Positions 1-9,651 are shown, counted from the first letter of the stretch. The stretch: DNA of 29,171 nt from an uncultured Pseudomonadota bacterium (GCA_913020725.1 CAJWCD010000029.1:1-29171); one strand, 5' to 3'. Notes: generated by a model from the letters alone, not told the origin. Program-made: numbers and translations.

Positions 1-446
1 CCATGATCCACTGAGGCGACCAGTGCGGCTTCGAGTAGTGCGGCCTGACTTTGACCGTAGCCCGAAATCGCGCAGTACACCAATTGCGGATTGACCTGCT
101 TGAGCATTTCAAAGCCAAGTCCAAGCCGGTCCATCACTCCGGGGCGAAAGTTTTCCACCACCACATCCGCCGTGCCTACGAGCTTCCGGAAAAGCACTCG
201 ACCCTCCTCATGCTTGAGATTGAGGGTGAGCGAACGCTTGCCCGCATTCTGTGCCAGAAAAGAGGTTCCCATTAGGCGCTCATTCAACTCCAAGTCTGCC
301 CCCAGCTGACGTGCAAGATCCCCCCGCTCCGGAACCTCCACCTTAATCACCTCAGCCCCCAAATGCACCAATTGATGGCAGCAGAACGGCCCTGCCAGCA
401 CATTGGTCAAGTCTAGGATCCTGATGTGTTCAAGCGGCTTTACCAT
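1..446 (-). CDS. Family III CoA-transferase (CaiB/BaiF), runs off the left edge; possibly a pseudogene
   Basis: Manual translation from ATG at 446: MVKPLEHIRILDLTNVLAGPFCCHQLVHLGAEVIKVEVPERGDLAR...NAGKRSLTLNLK...ADVVVENFRPGVMDRLGLG...NPQLVYCAISGYGQ, the classic CaiB N-terminal motifs. Not in the ORF track because it has no stop in the window. Sequence departs from the family pattern after GYGQ. Confidence 0.9.
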   Translation of the reverse strand, partial: MVKPLEHIRILDLTNVLAGPFCCHQLVHLGAEVIKVEVPERGDLARQLGADLELNERLMGTSFLAQNAGKRSLTLNLKHEEGRVLFRKLVGTADVVVENFRPGVMDRLGLGFEMLKQVNPQLVYCAISGYGQSQAALLEAALVASVDH

Positions 447-521
447 ATCTAGACCTTACCGCAAGTGATCGTGCGAATCGAGGCTGATTTTTTCGGGCAC
501 GGCAGCAGCAGCAAGGAACAC

Positions 522-560
522 GGTGGCCGCTTTGGATTGCACTTGGCGGCCACCTTTGTA
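522..560. other. GC-rich inverted repeat in a divergent intergenic region (terminator-like hairpin)
   Basis: GGTGGCCGC (522-530) and GCGGCCACC (546-554) form a perfect 9-bp stem with a 15-nt loop, followed by TTTGTA. Confidence 0.4.
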
Positions 561-644
561 CAATCACTGGGGGTGCGATACTGCGCAAAGCGAGGGTAAG
601 AACAGCAGCGCGGCCCTAGTGGTGACGCTGCGGAGCGAGGTTTC

Positions 645-681
645 TTGACAAAACGCAGGGACCCTGATTGATTAAATCAGG
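645..681 (+). promoter_or_regulatory. Putative sigma70 -35 element with an overlapping palindrome upstream of the OmpA-domain gene
   Basis: Perfect TTGACA at 645-650; dyad CCTGATT-N5-AATCAGG at 663-681 overlaps the expected -10 region. The -10 itself is not convincing. Confidence 0.35.
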
Positions 682-749
682 AAAATCCGTATCCTAAAAA
701 ATGAGGAAGGCTCAGGGAATTTATCCAACACCTTTGAAGAGGGAATCAG

Positions 750-2615
750 ATGATGAAGAATCAGTCCATCATTTTCTTGCTGTTTTTGAGTTTCACATTG
801 CTGCCCTCAGCGGAGGCCAGTGAGTGGTTTCCGGTGCCGCAGTTCATGAGCGAATCCGAAATCGCAAAAGTGTATCAGGACGCTGTCCGGAGCCAGATCA
901 TTGAGCAAAAGGGAGTGCGCAACTCCAGTGGCAGTTCCGGATTAGAACTGAACTGGTTGAAACAAGTCGCGCAGTCGGAGCGTGAGTGGCAGATGAACTT
1001 GCAGGAGTTGGAACGCGGCTACCGCCGAGCCCTCAGCGAGGTGATCCTGCGCCAGACGGAACATCAATCGCGGCTGGTGTTGGTCAGTCAGTATGACAAT
1101 CGCATTGCCACACTGGAAGCGGAAATCCGGGAACTGGAGGTGCGGAGTCGGCAGGTCGCGGGCGACCGCCAGCGCTACGAGCAGGGACTGGACAATCTCC
1201 CCTTGGCGATGGTGGCGGTGGTCAAGGCGCTCTACACGGAAGAACTCGCGGCGCGGCTCAAGGAGAGCGGGTACGAGGATTCTATCTTCCGCAAGGCCGG
1301 AGAGATCGCACTGACCGTCATGCTGGAAGCGTATTCCACACAAAGCGAAATCCCCTTTCGGCAGGGAGGAACCCGCGTGAGCTTTCTCTATCCGGAGAAC
1401 ATCTCACGCTTCGACGAGTCCGCGAACGAGTACGTTTACCTGTTCCCCATCATCGAGATCAACCCGTTCGCGGAGCAGAAGTGGGCACAAACCGATGAAA
1501 TGCCGGGAGTGACGTTCCAGTCCTTCATCTCGCTGGAACAGGCACAGGCTTATCTCCAGCAGGAGCAGGTGGGTGATGCACGACTGACCGAGTGGATTGA
1601 GGCAGAACTGAGCACGTTGCAGGCGAACAATGAGCATGTGCTGCAAACCATCAACGGCGCCTTGCGGCACTACAGTACCTTCCGGGAAGGCTTGGCCAGC
1701 GAGATCGGCTTGTTGCAGGCACAGATCGGCAAGTTGCAGGTCAAGCGCAACGAACTTTCCGGGAAGGAGGCGCTGTCGCAGAGCTTAGCCGCACTGGAGC
1801 AGATTCGTCAGGACTATCGCAGGCATTACGAGCAGCGGGTGCTGTTGGGGTACGAGGAGTATACGATGGAGTTCGATGTGATGTTCAGCGGCAGTTCGCC
1901 GGAGCCGCGTCCCCGGAAAACTCGTGCAAGTGGGGAGGATCAGGGCTTGATGGTACGCTCGCAGGAAGTCGTCAACGTTCCGGTCAGCGGACGACCCCTC
2001 AAGGACATCTACGCCGACATGATCCTCTCGGCCAATGGCAAGGCCTCCGAGCCGCCACTGATTCCGGAAACGTGGGTGATCCGTGTGAAAGCCGAGGATG
2101 AGGCCAGCGAGTTGTTGCAGGGGAAGTTGCGTTGGGGCATTGATCGCGAGGAATTTCAACTGCTGCAACTCAGCCGCCGCAGCATCGGTTCCCGCACCCA
2201 GTACCGGATTGCCGTCGCCAAGCGGATGCATCTGCTCTCAGAGGAAAACTTCCCGCCGTCACAAGCGGGAGTGTGTGAGTTCACCGTGTTTTTCCAGCCA
2301 GGCAATTTGAAGCTCAACAAAAACTCTCGTCAGGTGATCAACGAAAACACGGAGTGCCTGCTCAAGTATCCCAAGCAGTTGGTGGAACTCACGGGGCACA
2401 CAGACGGAAACGGGAAAATCAAGAAGGGCGACAACTATGTGAAGCAGGGGATCGTGCAAGCGACCGCTGTGATGGACTACCTCGTGTCGCAGGGTTTTGA
2501 TCCGGATCGCATTATTCTAGCGAGCAAGGGGGCGAGTATGATTCCAAATGGTTCCGAAACCTCTGATCCGAACAGTTTGCATCGGGTGGAGGTGATTTCC
2601 CGTCCGGAGATTTAG
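750..2615 (+). CDS. Exported coiled-coil protein with a C-terminal OmpA-like domain
   Basis: N-terminal signal peptide (hydrophobic stretch then AEA), two long heptad-rich helical segments, and a C-terminal VFFQPG...ELTGHTDG...AVMDYLVSQGFDPDRI...RVEV OmpA_C pattern; purine-rich RBS (GAGGGA). Confidence 0.8.
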   Translation: MMKNQSIIFLLFLSFTLLPSAEASEWFPVPQFMSESEIAKVYQDAVRSQIIEQKGVRNSSGSSGLELNWLKQVAQSEREWQMNLQELERGYRRALSEVILRQTEHQSRLVLVSQYDNRIATLEAEIRELEVRSRQVAGDRQRYEQGLDNLPLAMVAVVKALYTEELAARLKESGYEDSIFRKAGEIALTVMLEAYSTQSEIPFRQGGTRVSFLYPENISRFDESANEYVYLFPIIEINPFAEQKWAQTDEMPGVTFQSFISLEQAQAYLQQEQVGDARLTEWIEAELSTLQANNEHVLQTINGALRHYSTFREGLASEIGLLQAQIGKLQVKRNELSGKEALSQSLAALEQIRQDYRRHYEQRVLLGYEEYTMEFDVMFSGSSPEPRPRKTRASGEDQGLMVRSQEVVNVPVSGRPLKDIYADMILSANGKASEPPLIPETWVIRVKAEDEASELLQGKLRWGIDREEFQLLQLSRRSIGSRTQYRIAVAKRMHLLSEENFPPSQAGVCEFTVFFQPGNLKLNKNSRQVINENTECLLKYPKQLVELTGHTDGNGKIKKGDNYVKQGIVQATAVMDYLVSQGFDPDRIILASKGASMIPNGSETSDPNSLHRVEVISRPEI

Positions 2616-2625
2616 CGGGAGTTGC

Positions 2626-4281
2626 TCACTCGCGCTGCGGCCCGGACAGCGGTTCCGGGTGGTAGTGGCGGAGCAGGTAGAGCAGGGCCTTGCCCAGCAC
2701 CTTGCGGCTGTCGCCAGGCATGACGAGGCTGGAGACCGAACCGAGCTTGAGCGCTTCCTCCGGATTGAGCAGTTCGCGCTCGTAGCGGGTGCTCAACTCG
2801 GCGAGCGCAGCGTCGCGCTCGCTGGTGGAATCGGCTTCCGGAACTCCTTCTTTAAGCCGCTGTTGGTGGTCTGAGAAGATTTGGCGGTACTCGTCTTTGT
2901 AAACGAACTGCCGACCCGCCGGTCCCATCACGGCAATCCGCGCACTGGGCAGGGCGAACACAAAATCCGCGCCGATGTGGTAGCTGTTCCACGCGCAGTA
3001 GGCACCGCCGAAAGCGTTGCGGACGATGAGCGTGATGCGCGGCACCCGTAGGTCCACGATGGCGTCCAGCAGTTCCCGACCCGCCTGCACGATTCCTGCC
3101 TGCTCCTGTTCCGATCCGGGAGCGTAGCCACTGACATCCTCCAAGAAAACCAGCGGAATGTTGTAGAGGTTGCAGAAGCGGATGAACTTTGCGCCCTTGC
3201 GTGAGGCGTGGACATTGATGTTGCCGGAATCGAAGGCGCTGTTGTTGGCGATGAAACCGCAGACGTGTCCTCCCAAACGCCCGAAGGCGGTGGTGAGCTG
3301 GCGGGCGCGTCCGGGTTGCACCTCGAAATAATCCCCGTAATCGGCAATCTGCTGAAGCAGCAAACGCATGTCGAAGGGGGTGTTGAACTCGGAAGCAGGA
3401 TGGGTGAAGGTCTTGCGCAACAGGATGGCCTCCTCTGCCATGCAGTCGTCCAGTGACAGGGAAGTCTGGCGGAAAGGGGCGAGGCTGTGGTTGTTGTCCG
3501 GAAGGTAGCTCAAGAGGCGCAGCGCCATGCGCAACGCTCCTAATTCGTCCGGAGCCGTGAGATCGACCACGCCGCTTTGGCTGTGAACCTTGGGACCGCC
3601 GAGCTCGTCCGGAGTGATGTCCTCGCCCAAGGCATGGCGCACAACATCCGGGCCTGTCAGTCCGAAGAAGGTGTTTTCAGGTTGGATCAGAAAGGAGCCT
3701 TGCCGGGGCAGGTACGCTCCTCCTCCGGCATTGTAACCGAACATGAGCATGATCGAGGGCACCACGCCGCTGATCTTGCGCATGGCGCAGAAGGCCTCCG
3801 AGTAGCCGTCCAGCCCGCCGACTCCTGCAGGCACGAAGGCGCCAGCGGAATCGTTCATGCCGATGAGCGGGATGCCGTGTTCTCCGGCCAGCAAAATTAA
3901 GCGGGCGAGTTTGTTGCCGTTGGTCGCGTCCATCGCTCCGGCACGAACTGTGAAATCGTGTCCGTAGAGGGCGACATCACGTCCTGCGATGTTGAGGATG
4001 CCCGTGACAATTCCGGCACCATCGAGCTGCGCCCCCCAGTTCTGGAAGGTGATCTGCGGCTCGTGTTGCGTGAGAACCCGGATGCGCTCCCACACCGTCA
4101 TGCGTTCCTTGCTGTGTTGAATACGAATCCGTTTGGAACCGCCGCCTTGCTTGGGTTTGGCGATCAGTTCCTCTGCACGGTCCAGCATGTGGTCGTAACG
4201 GGAACGGTTCGATTCTCCGGAGGTGTTGGTTCCCGGAGCGAGCGGATTGTCGAGGGTGAGCAAGGCTGACATGAGTTTCAC
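2626..4281 (-). CDS. Acyl-CoA carboxylase carboxyltransferase (beta) subunit, PccB/AccD-like
   Basis: Motifs [40 protein letters not shown]...[33 protein letters not shown]. Start is GTG 4281 or ATG 4272. Confidence 0.92.
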   Translation of the reverse strand: MKLMSALLTLDNPLAPGTNTSGESNRSRYDHMLDRAEELIAKPKQGGGSKRIRIQHSKERMTVWERIRVLTQHEPQITFQNWGAQLDGAGIVTGILNIAGRDVALYGHDFTVRAGAMDATNGNKLARLILLAGEHGIPLIGMNDSAGAFVPAGVGGLDGYSEAFCAMRKISGVVPSIMLMFGYNAGGGAYLPRQGSFLIQPENTFFGLTGPDVVRHALGEDITPDELGGPKVHSQSGVVDLTAPDELGALRMALRLLSYLPDNNHSLAPFRQTSLSLDDCMAEEAILLRKTFTHPASEFNTPFDMRLLLQQIADYGDYFEVQPGRARQLTTAFGRLGGHVCGFIANNSAFDSGNINVHASRKGAKFIRFCNLYNIPLVFLEDVSGYAPGSEQEQAGIVQAGRELLDAIVDLRVPRITLIVRNAFGGAYCAWNSYHIGADFVFALPSARIAVMGPAGRQFVYKDEYRQIFSDHQQRLKEGVPEADSTSERDAALAELSTRYERELLNPEEALKLGSVSSLVMPGDSRKVLGKALLYLLRHYHPEPLSGPQRE

Positions 4282-4409
4282 AATGAGCGAGATGGTCTGA
4301 AAAGACCGGACATTCGTAATTTACGAAAAACCACTCGAAGGGCAAGCCGAACCTCTCAGCAAGGCAGAAGGCACCGCTCACTGGCCACCAGCAACCGACA
4401 ACCAGTAAG

Positions 4410-5330
4410 ATGCGTATTGTGTTCATGGGCACTCCGGAGTGGGCGATTCCTACTTTGCGGGTGCTGGTCGAGTCAGGAAATCCGGTCGTGGGCGTGTTCA
4501 CCCAGCCGGATCGCCCGGTGGGCCGCAAGCAACTCCTGAAACCGTCGCCCGTCCGGGAGTGGTCGGAAGCTCAGGGTTTGCGTGTTTGGACTCCGGAGCA
4601 AGCCAGCAGCCCGGAGACGCTGGAAACTCTGAGCGACCTGAAACCGGAGGTGGTGCTGGTCTGTGCTTATGGGCAACTGCTCTCCCAAGCGCTTCTCGAA
4701 CTGCCTTGGCTGGGATGCTTCAATCTGCATTTCTCGCTGCTCCCACGCTGGCGTGGAGCGAGTCCGGTGCAGGCTGCCATTCTCGCAGGGGATCCGATCA
4801 CTGGAGTTGCCCTCCAGAAAATGGTACTGAAGCTTGATGCCGGGCCGCTTTTGTGTGTTTCTGATTCGGTTCCGGTGACTCCGGAAGACACGAGCGAAAT
4901 GCTGGGAGCGCGCCTTGCGGAACTCGGAGCCAAACTTGTGCAAGTCGCATTGCCCCGCTTTGCTGCGGATACACTTGCTTTGACCCCGCAGGACGAATCC
5001 GCAGTGACGAACTGTCGCATCATCCGCAAGTCCCAAGGAGGGATCGACTGGTGTCATGAAAGCGCTGAGCAGATCGAACGCAAGCTGCGGGCCTACACCC
5101 CGTGGCCTGGAATCCATTGTTTCACGCCCAAGGGCAAACGTCTGCAGCTGGTGGAAGTGAAGGTTGTACTAGGCAGTTTTGAACCCGGACAAGTGTATCC
5201 GGAACTGCTGATCGGCACCAAGGCAGGAGGGTTGCGTGTTTTGCAACTCAAACCCGAAGGACGTGGGGTGATGATGGCTGAAGCCTTTCTGCGAGGACAT
5301 CCGGAGTTGCTTGGAGCAACCCTGCCCTAA
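4410..5330 (+). CDS. fmt: Methionyl-tRNA formyltransferase
   Basis: MRIVFMGTPE, VFTQPDRPVGR, CAYGQLL, NLHFSLLPRWRGASP, LDAGP, RAYTPWPG. Confidence 0.97.
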   Translation: MRIVFMGTPEWAIPTLRVLVESGNPVVGVFTQPDRPVGRKQLLKPSPVREWSEAQGLRVWTPEQASSPETLETLSDLKPEVVLVCAYGQLLSQALLELPWLGCFNLHFSLLPRWRGASPVQAAILAGDPITGVALQKMVLKLDAGPLLCVSDSVPVTPEDTSEMLGARLAELGAKLVQVALPRFAADTLALTPQDESAVTNCRIIRKSQGGIDWCHESAEQIERKLRAYTPWPGIHCFTPKGKRLQLVEVKVVLGSFEPGQVYPELLIGTKAGGLRVLQLKPEGRGVMMAEAFLRGHPELLGATLP

Positions 5331-5356
5331 ACGCAATGTTTTGTGGGGATCTGGGC

Positions 5357-5385
5357 TTGTGGTTTAGGGAAATTTCCATTAAAGT
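5357..5385 (+). promoter_or_regulatory. Putative sigma70 promoter for the WecA-like gene
   Basis: TTGTGG (5357-5362), 17-nt spacer, TAAAGT (5380-5385), in an AT-rich gap upstream of an AAGGA RBS and ATG 5414. Confidence 0.4.
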
Positions 5386-5413
5386 TTGAGGAAATCAATC
5401 GGTCAAGGAATTC

Positions 5414-6904
5414 ATGCAATCTGAGTTCAAACTCTACGCAGGCGGGTTTTTGCTGGCGTTGTTGGTCAGCAGCACACTAGTGTTGATGGTGCTGCACCGC
5501 TTGAGCCGCGTCTTGCAATCTCGCAGACAGCAATCCCTCCGGGATCAACGTGTCGAGCCAGTACCCCGCTTTGGGGGCATTGGGATTGCCGGTGGGTTTG
5601 TTGCAGTGCTGCTGTTGCTGGCGTTCGTGCCGCTCAAAGCAAAAGGCATTGACCTGCGCACCCTGCTGGGCGGAAACCTCGGAGTGGTTTTGCTCGGAGG
5701 AAGCGCTGCCTGCCTGCTGGGGTTCTGGGATGACTTGTTCGTCATTCGCGCTCGTTACAAGTTTGCTGGGCAGGTTGGAATTGCCCTGCTGACGGTGGTT
5801 TATGGACCCGTTGTTGAGTCCGTTAATCTACCGTTTTTCGGGACGCAAATTTCCTTGGGGGCGCTGGCGATTCCCCTGACGATGCTCTGGATTGTTGGAT
5901 TGATGAACGCTATCAATTTGGTTGATGGCATCGATGGTCTGGCGGGGGGCATTGCGATAGTTGCGGTGGGCTTCATGGCCATCATTGCTGGCATCTGGAA
6001 CCATCCGGAGTGGGTGTTGGTGTGCTTGGTGTTGTGCGGGGCGACTCTGGGTTTTTGGGTTTTTAACAAACCAACCGCCGCTATTTTCATGGGGGATTCC
6101 GGCAGCATGTTGCTGGGATACCTGCTGGCGGTACTCGCTTTGGAGGTCGCACGGGTTCCTCAAACAGGCGTCGTCCATTTGGCTCCTGTCGTGATTCTGG
6201 CAATCCCGATTTTGGATACGGTTTTTGCGTTGTTCCGACGCTACCTCAAGGGGATTCCCTTTTATTCCGCCGACCGGGATCATCTGCACCACCGTTTGCT
6301 GCAACGCGGCCTGAGACCCTGGCAGGCGTTGACCGTGTTGCTGGGGCTGGGCACGCTGTTTGGCGGGCTGGGCGTTGGCATGCTCCTGCGTCCGGAGTGG
6401 CAAGGGTATTTTGTGCTGGCTGCCCTCGGATTGGCCTACATGACCTTGTACTTGTTGGAGTATGAGGTTGTCCTGAATCTAGTGAAGCACCTCCGAGATC
6501 AACCGGATTTGCGCCGCCGCCGTAGCCTGATGGTCCACCTCGCGGAGGACATTGACCTTTTTTTGAGCAAGGACCGCACTCGGCAGGACTTGCTCCAGAG
6601 CTATGCGTTTTGGCTGTCCTTGGCCGGAATTGATCGTTTTGAACTCTTGCACCAAGGTCGGCGTCTCCACCCGCGCTCGACAGAGGAGTCTCGTACAACA
6701 AGCTTTCGGGAGCTGGTCTTTCGTGAGGAAGAATACGAGATTCACCTCGCTCTTGATGAAGCCACCGTGAGGCTTGACTCGGACGTTAAAGGGGAACTGC
6801 TGGATCGTGTGACCCACGAGTTGTTGCGCCAGTTCTCTCAGCGTCAAGAACCTGTCGGACGCCCCGCTTTGCAGGTGCTGGAATCTTCCCGCAACTTTCA
6901 CTAA
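5414..6904 (+). CDS. MraY/WecA (TagO) family undecaprenyl-phosphate sugar-1-phosphate transferase with a soluble C-terminal extension
   Basis: VPRFGGIGI, LGFWDD, NAINLVDGIDGLA, IFMGDSGS, PILDT, ADRDHLHH (WecA-type) and multiple TM helices. Confidence 0.92.
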   Translation: MQSEFKLYAGGFLLALLVSSTLVLMVLHRLSRVLQSRRQQSLRDQRVEPVPRFGGIGIAGGFVAVLLLLAFVPLKAKGIDLRTLLGGNLGVVLLGGSAACLLGFWDDLFVIRARYKFAGQVGIALLTVVYGPVVESVNLPFFGTQISLGALAIPLTMLWIVGLMNAINLVDGIDGLAGGIAIVAVGFMAIIAGIWNHPEWVLVCLVLCGATLGFWVFNKPTAAIFMGDSGSMLLGYLLAVLALEVARVPQTGVVHLAPVVILAIPILDTVFALFRRYLKGIPFYSADRDHLHHRLLQRGLRPWQALTVLLGLGTLFGGLGVGMLLRPEWQGYFVLAALGLAYMTLYLLEYEVVLNLVKHLRDQPDLRRRRSLMVHLAEDIDLFLSKDRTRQDLLQSYAFWLSLAGIDRFELLHQGRRLHPRSTEESRTTSFRELVFREEEYEIHLALDEATVRLDSDVKGELLDRVTHELLRQFSQRQEPVGRPALQVLESSRNFH

Positions 6905-6937
6905 CTTTCGCTCCGACGGCCCCATCGGAATTGGCAC

Positions 6938-8311
6938 TCACGACGGAGCGCCAGAACACTGGTGAATCTTCTGCACATGCCGACGCACCTCCTTCACCTT
7001 CCGGTACGAGCGTAGCGCTCGGCCTAAACGCCGGGGAGTGAAATAGCGCAGCAATTGCGCCGAGTCCAGTTTCTGAAAATTCTCCGGCCCCATTTCCTGC
7101 TGTAACTGAGTCAGCAGCCGTAGCATTGGGGATTGTCCATGATTGTAAGCCGCGACGGCAAGCAGTGGTCGCGCCTTCCAAGGGACCGGAATCGGCACCC
7201 CGTTGTGGTTCCACCGATAACGCAGGTAGTAGCGCACGAGCATTGCGCCCAGCAGGATGTTTGTTTCCGGATGGAACACGCTGTTGGGATCGTTGCCGAA
7301 GTGCTGCTCCACGGCGAGATTAAATGCGCTTTGCACAGGTATCAAGCGATCCGCCACTCGCCACCCGCGCCGCAGTCGATAGCTGAGTCGGCGCACCGCC
7401 GTGTCGTCCCACGCCTGCTGCCCCTGCCACTTCAGCCGCCACAGGGTTTTCCGGACCATCTCCGGGCCGATGCGGTCCAGCCGCACCTGTTGGGGAAGAG
7501 TCTGGAGGTCGAGAGGAAAGAACTGCAAGCCCAGTTGTTGCTGCCAGCGTTGAAACTCCGGATCGTGATGCAGTAAGCCGAGGTATCGGTAGGCCCGCTG
7601 CAAGCGGGTTTCCCACTCCGGCTGCTTCCGGAGTTGGTTGATCTGCCGTAAACCAATCGCTGTGAGTTGAGCCACGCCTCTTGCTCCGGTGCGGCTGGTC
7701 ACGGTGAAATCGAGCTGGGATTCCTGAAAAAGCAGGCAGAAGAAGGTGGGGAACGGCAGCTCGAAGAAGTGCGCTCCTGCATGAGCGGTGACGAAAACCC
7801 GCAGGAGCCGTGTTTCGGTGACCGCCCGATCCTGCGAATTCAGGAGCCGCGCAAGCACTTCGCGATGCCAGCGGCTGTTCATCAGGTAAGCCGTCAGTTC
7901 GCGCAAGGAACGCTGGTCCGGAAGACGTCCCACCCCACGCCCATACCGCAAGCGGCTGAAACGGTCGAACCCCAACATCAGCTTGAAGAGACTCGGCTGA
8001 GGGTTGTTGGAGGATGCGGCGGTGTCCGAAGTTTCGTGAAGTCCCTGCAACTCGGAAGCGATGACTTGGTTCAAGTGTGTTCGATTGATGCTGTGAAGTC
8101 GATCCGGTCGCCGGGTTGGCGTGAGGGGGCTGGTCGGGATCGGAGTCAGATCGAGCAAGCTGGAAGGCGGTTGCGGATAGCTCGCAATCGGATAACCCTC
8201 CTTCACGAGCAGACTTCCGAAAGCATCCAAGGGGCCAAGGGACTGCGGCGTGAGCATCCCGCAAGTGACGAGTAGCGCAGTCAGAGGGAGGAAGGAACGG
8301 GATGCAGGCAA
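6938..8311 (-). CDS. Lytic transglycosylase (SLT domain) protein
   Basis: Motif I LLFQES, motif II SRTGARGVAQL, PETNILLGA, motif III AAYNHG; N-terminal signal or lipoprotein-like segment. Non-ATG start, exact position uncertain. Confidence 0.8.
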   Translation of the reverse strand: MPASRSFLPLTALLVTCGMLTPQSLGPLDAFGSLLVKEGYPIASYPQPPSSLLDLTPIPTSPLTPTRRPDRLHSINRTHLNQVIASELQGLHETSDTAASSNNPQPSLFKLMLGFDRFSRLRYGRGVGRLPDQRSLRELTAYLMNSRWHREVLARLLNSQDRAVTETRLLRVFVTAHAGAHFFELPFPTFFCLLFQESQLDFTVTSRTGARGVAQLTAIGLRQINQLRKQPEWETRLQRAYRYLGLLHHDPEFQRWQQQLGLQFFPLDLQTLPQQVRLDRIGPEMVRKTLWRLKWQGQQAWDDTAVRRLSYRLRRGWRVADRLIPVQSAFNLAVEQHFGNDPNSVFHPETNILLGAMLVRYYLRYRWNHNGVPIPVPWKARPLLAVAAYNHGQSPMLRLLTQLQQEMGPENFQKLDSAQLLRYFTPRRLGRALRSYRKVKEVRRHVQKIHQCSGAPS

Positions 8312-8381
8312 TGTGGCACCAAGGCGTGAGGTGTGCTAAACTTGTAAACCCTACCACTACTTCGCATCATTCGCTATCCCT

Positions 8382-9575
8382 GTGTTGTCTGCAAAGCCGG
8401 AAACTCCGGAAATCTGGATTCGCCAAAAAGCCGAGGAACTTGGTTTTGGTTTGGTTGGATTTGCCAAGGTCGCCCCCAGCCGAACCATTGGGATTTATCA
8501 GGATTGGCTCCGTCAGGGTTATGCCGGAGCAATGGAATATTTGGAGCGGCATGCCGAGCTCAAGGAAGATCCCCGGCACTTGCTTCCGGAAGCGCAAACC
8601 CTCATTGCTCTCGGAATGCACTACCAAACCGTTGATCCGGACCTAGTGCAGTCCGACAATCCAGCGTTGGGGCGGGTGAGCCGTTACGCGTGGGGGGATG
8701 ACTACCATGAGGTCATCCGGGCTAAGCTCCGAGAACTGTCCGACGGCATTCAGCAGGAATTTCGGATCGGTGACGGGCAGCAGCGCCCGTGTGTGGACAC
8801 CGGCCCGCTGCTTGAGCGCGAGTTCGCGCATCATGCCGGGTTGGGCTGGTTTGGCAAGCACTCCAACCTCATTCATTGGCCACAGGGTTCATGGTTTTTC
8901 CTCGCGGAGCTGCTCGTGGATTTCCCACTGACTCCGGATGCCCCTTTCACGCGAGTGGATTGTGGTTCCTGCACCCGTTGCATTGCAGCGTGTCCCACTG
9001 ATGCGATTGTCGCAGACCGCACTGTGGACGCACGCCGCTGCATTTCCTACCTCACCATCGAATTGAAAGAAGCGATTCCTCAGGAACTCCGGACTCGAAT
9101 GGGCAACTGGATTTTCGGGTGCGACATCTGCCAAGAAGTCTGCCCGTGGAATCGGAACACTCCCAGGACTTCCGAGCCTGCGTTCCAGCCGCGCTCAGGA
9201 TTCCAGCATCCGGAACTTGTCGAGTGGATGGGAATGACTCAGGATGAGTTCAGTCGTCGTTTCCGGAAAAGCCCGCTCAAGCGGGCCAAGCGGCGTGGGT
9301 TGCTGCGCAATATCGCAGTGGCACTGGGAAACTGGGGCAGTCCAGAAGCAATCCCGGCACTGGGAAAGGGGTTGCGGGATCCGGAATCGCTCGTTCGGCA
9401 ACACGCCGCTTGGGCACTCGGACGGATTGCTGCTCCGGAATCACAACGCCTGTTGCGGCACTCGCTTGTTTCAGAAACAGACAAGGATGTGCGCCGTGAA
9501 ATTCGGGACGCATTGGACCGGCATGAAAGTGCGAATCGCATTGACTCCATAAGCGATTTCTCAGATAATCATTAG
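8382..9575 (+). CDS. queG: tRNA epoxyqueuosine(34) reductase QueG
   Basis: SRYAWGDDYH, VDTGPLLER, GLGWFGK, CGSCTRCIAACPT, CISYLTIE, GCDICQEVCPWN, C-terminal HEAT-like repeat. Confidence 0.96.
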   Translation: MLSAKPETPEIWIRQKAEELGFGLVGFAKVAPSRTIGIYQDWLRQGYAGAMEYLERHAELKEDPRHLLPEAQTLIALGMHYQTVDPDLVQSDNPALGRVSRYAWGDDYHEVIRAKLRELSDGIQQEFRIGDGQQRPCVDTGPLLEREFAHHAGLGWFGKHSNLIHWPQGSWFFLAELLVDFPLTPDAPFTRVDCGSCTRCIAACPTDAIVADRTVDARRCISYLTIELKEAIPQELRTRMGNWIFGCDICQEVCPWNRNTPRTSEPAFQPRSGFQHPELVEWMGMTQDEFSRRFRKSPLKRAKRRGLLRNIAVALGNWGSPEAIPALGKGLRDPESLVRQHAAWALGRIAAPESQRLLRHSLVSETDKDVRREIRDALDRHESANRIDSISDFSDNH

Positions 9576-9651
9576 TTTTCCTCTGCCCAGTTGGGCGCAA
9601 TGAGTTCACCCTAACCCGTGCCTGTGGGTGCGGCCAAATTTAAAGGACACA

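Noticed and set aside
51..309. Plus-strand ORFs 51..275 and 91..309
   Set aside because: Antisense shadows of the minus-strand CoA-transferase, which carries clear family motifs.
663..681. FNR box
   Set aside because: TTGAT and ATCAG are separated by 3 nt rather than 4, so it was kept only as an unassigned dyad.
9576..9651. S1 autoregulatory leader
   Set aside because: Only short generic stems are visible; cannot be supported without comparative data.
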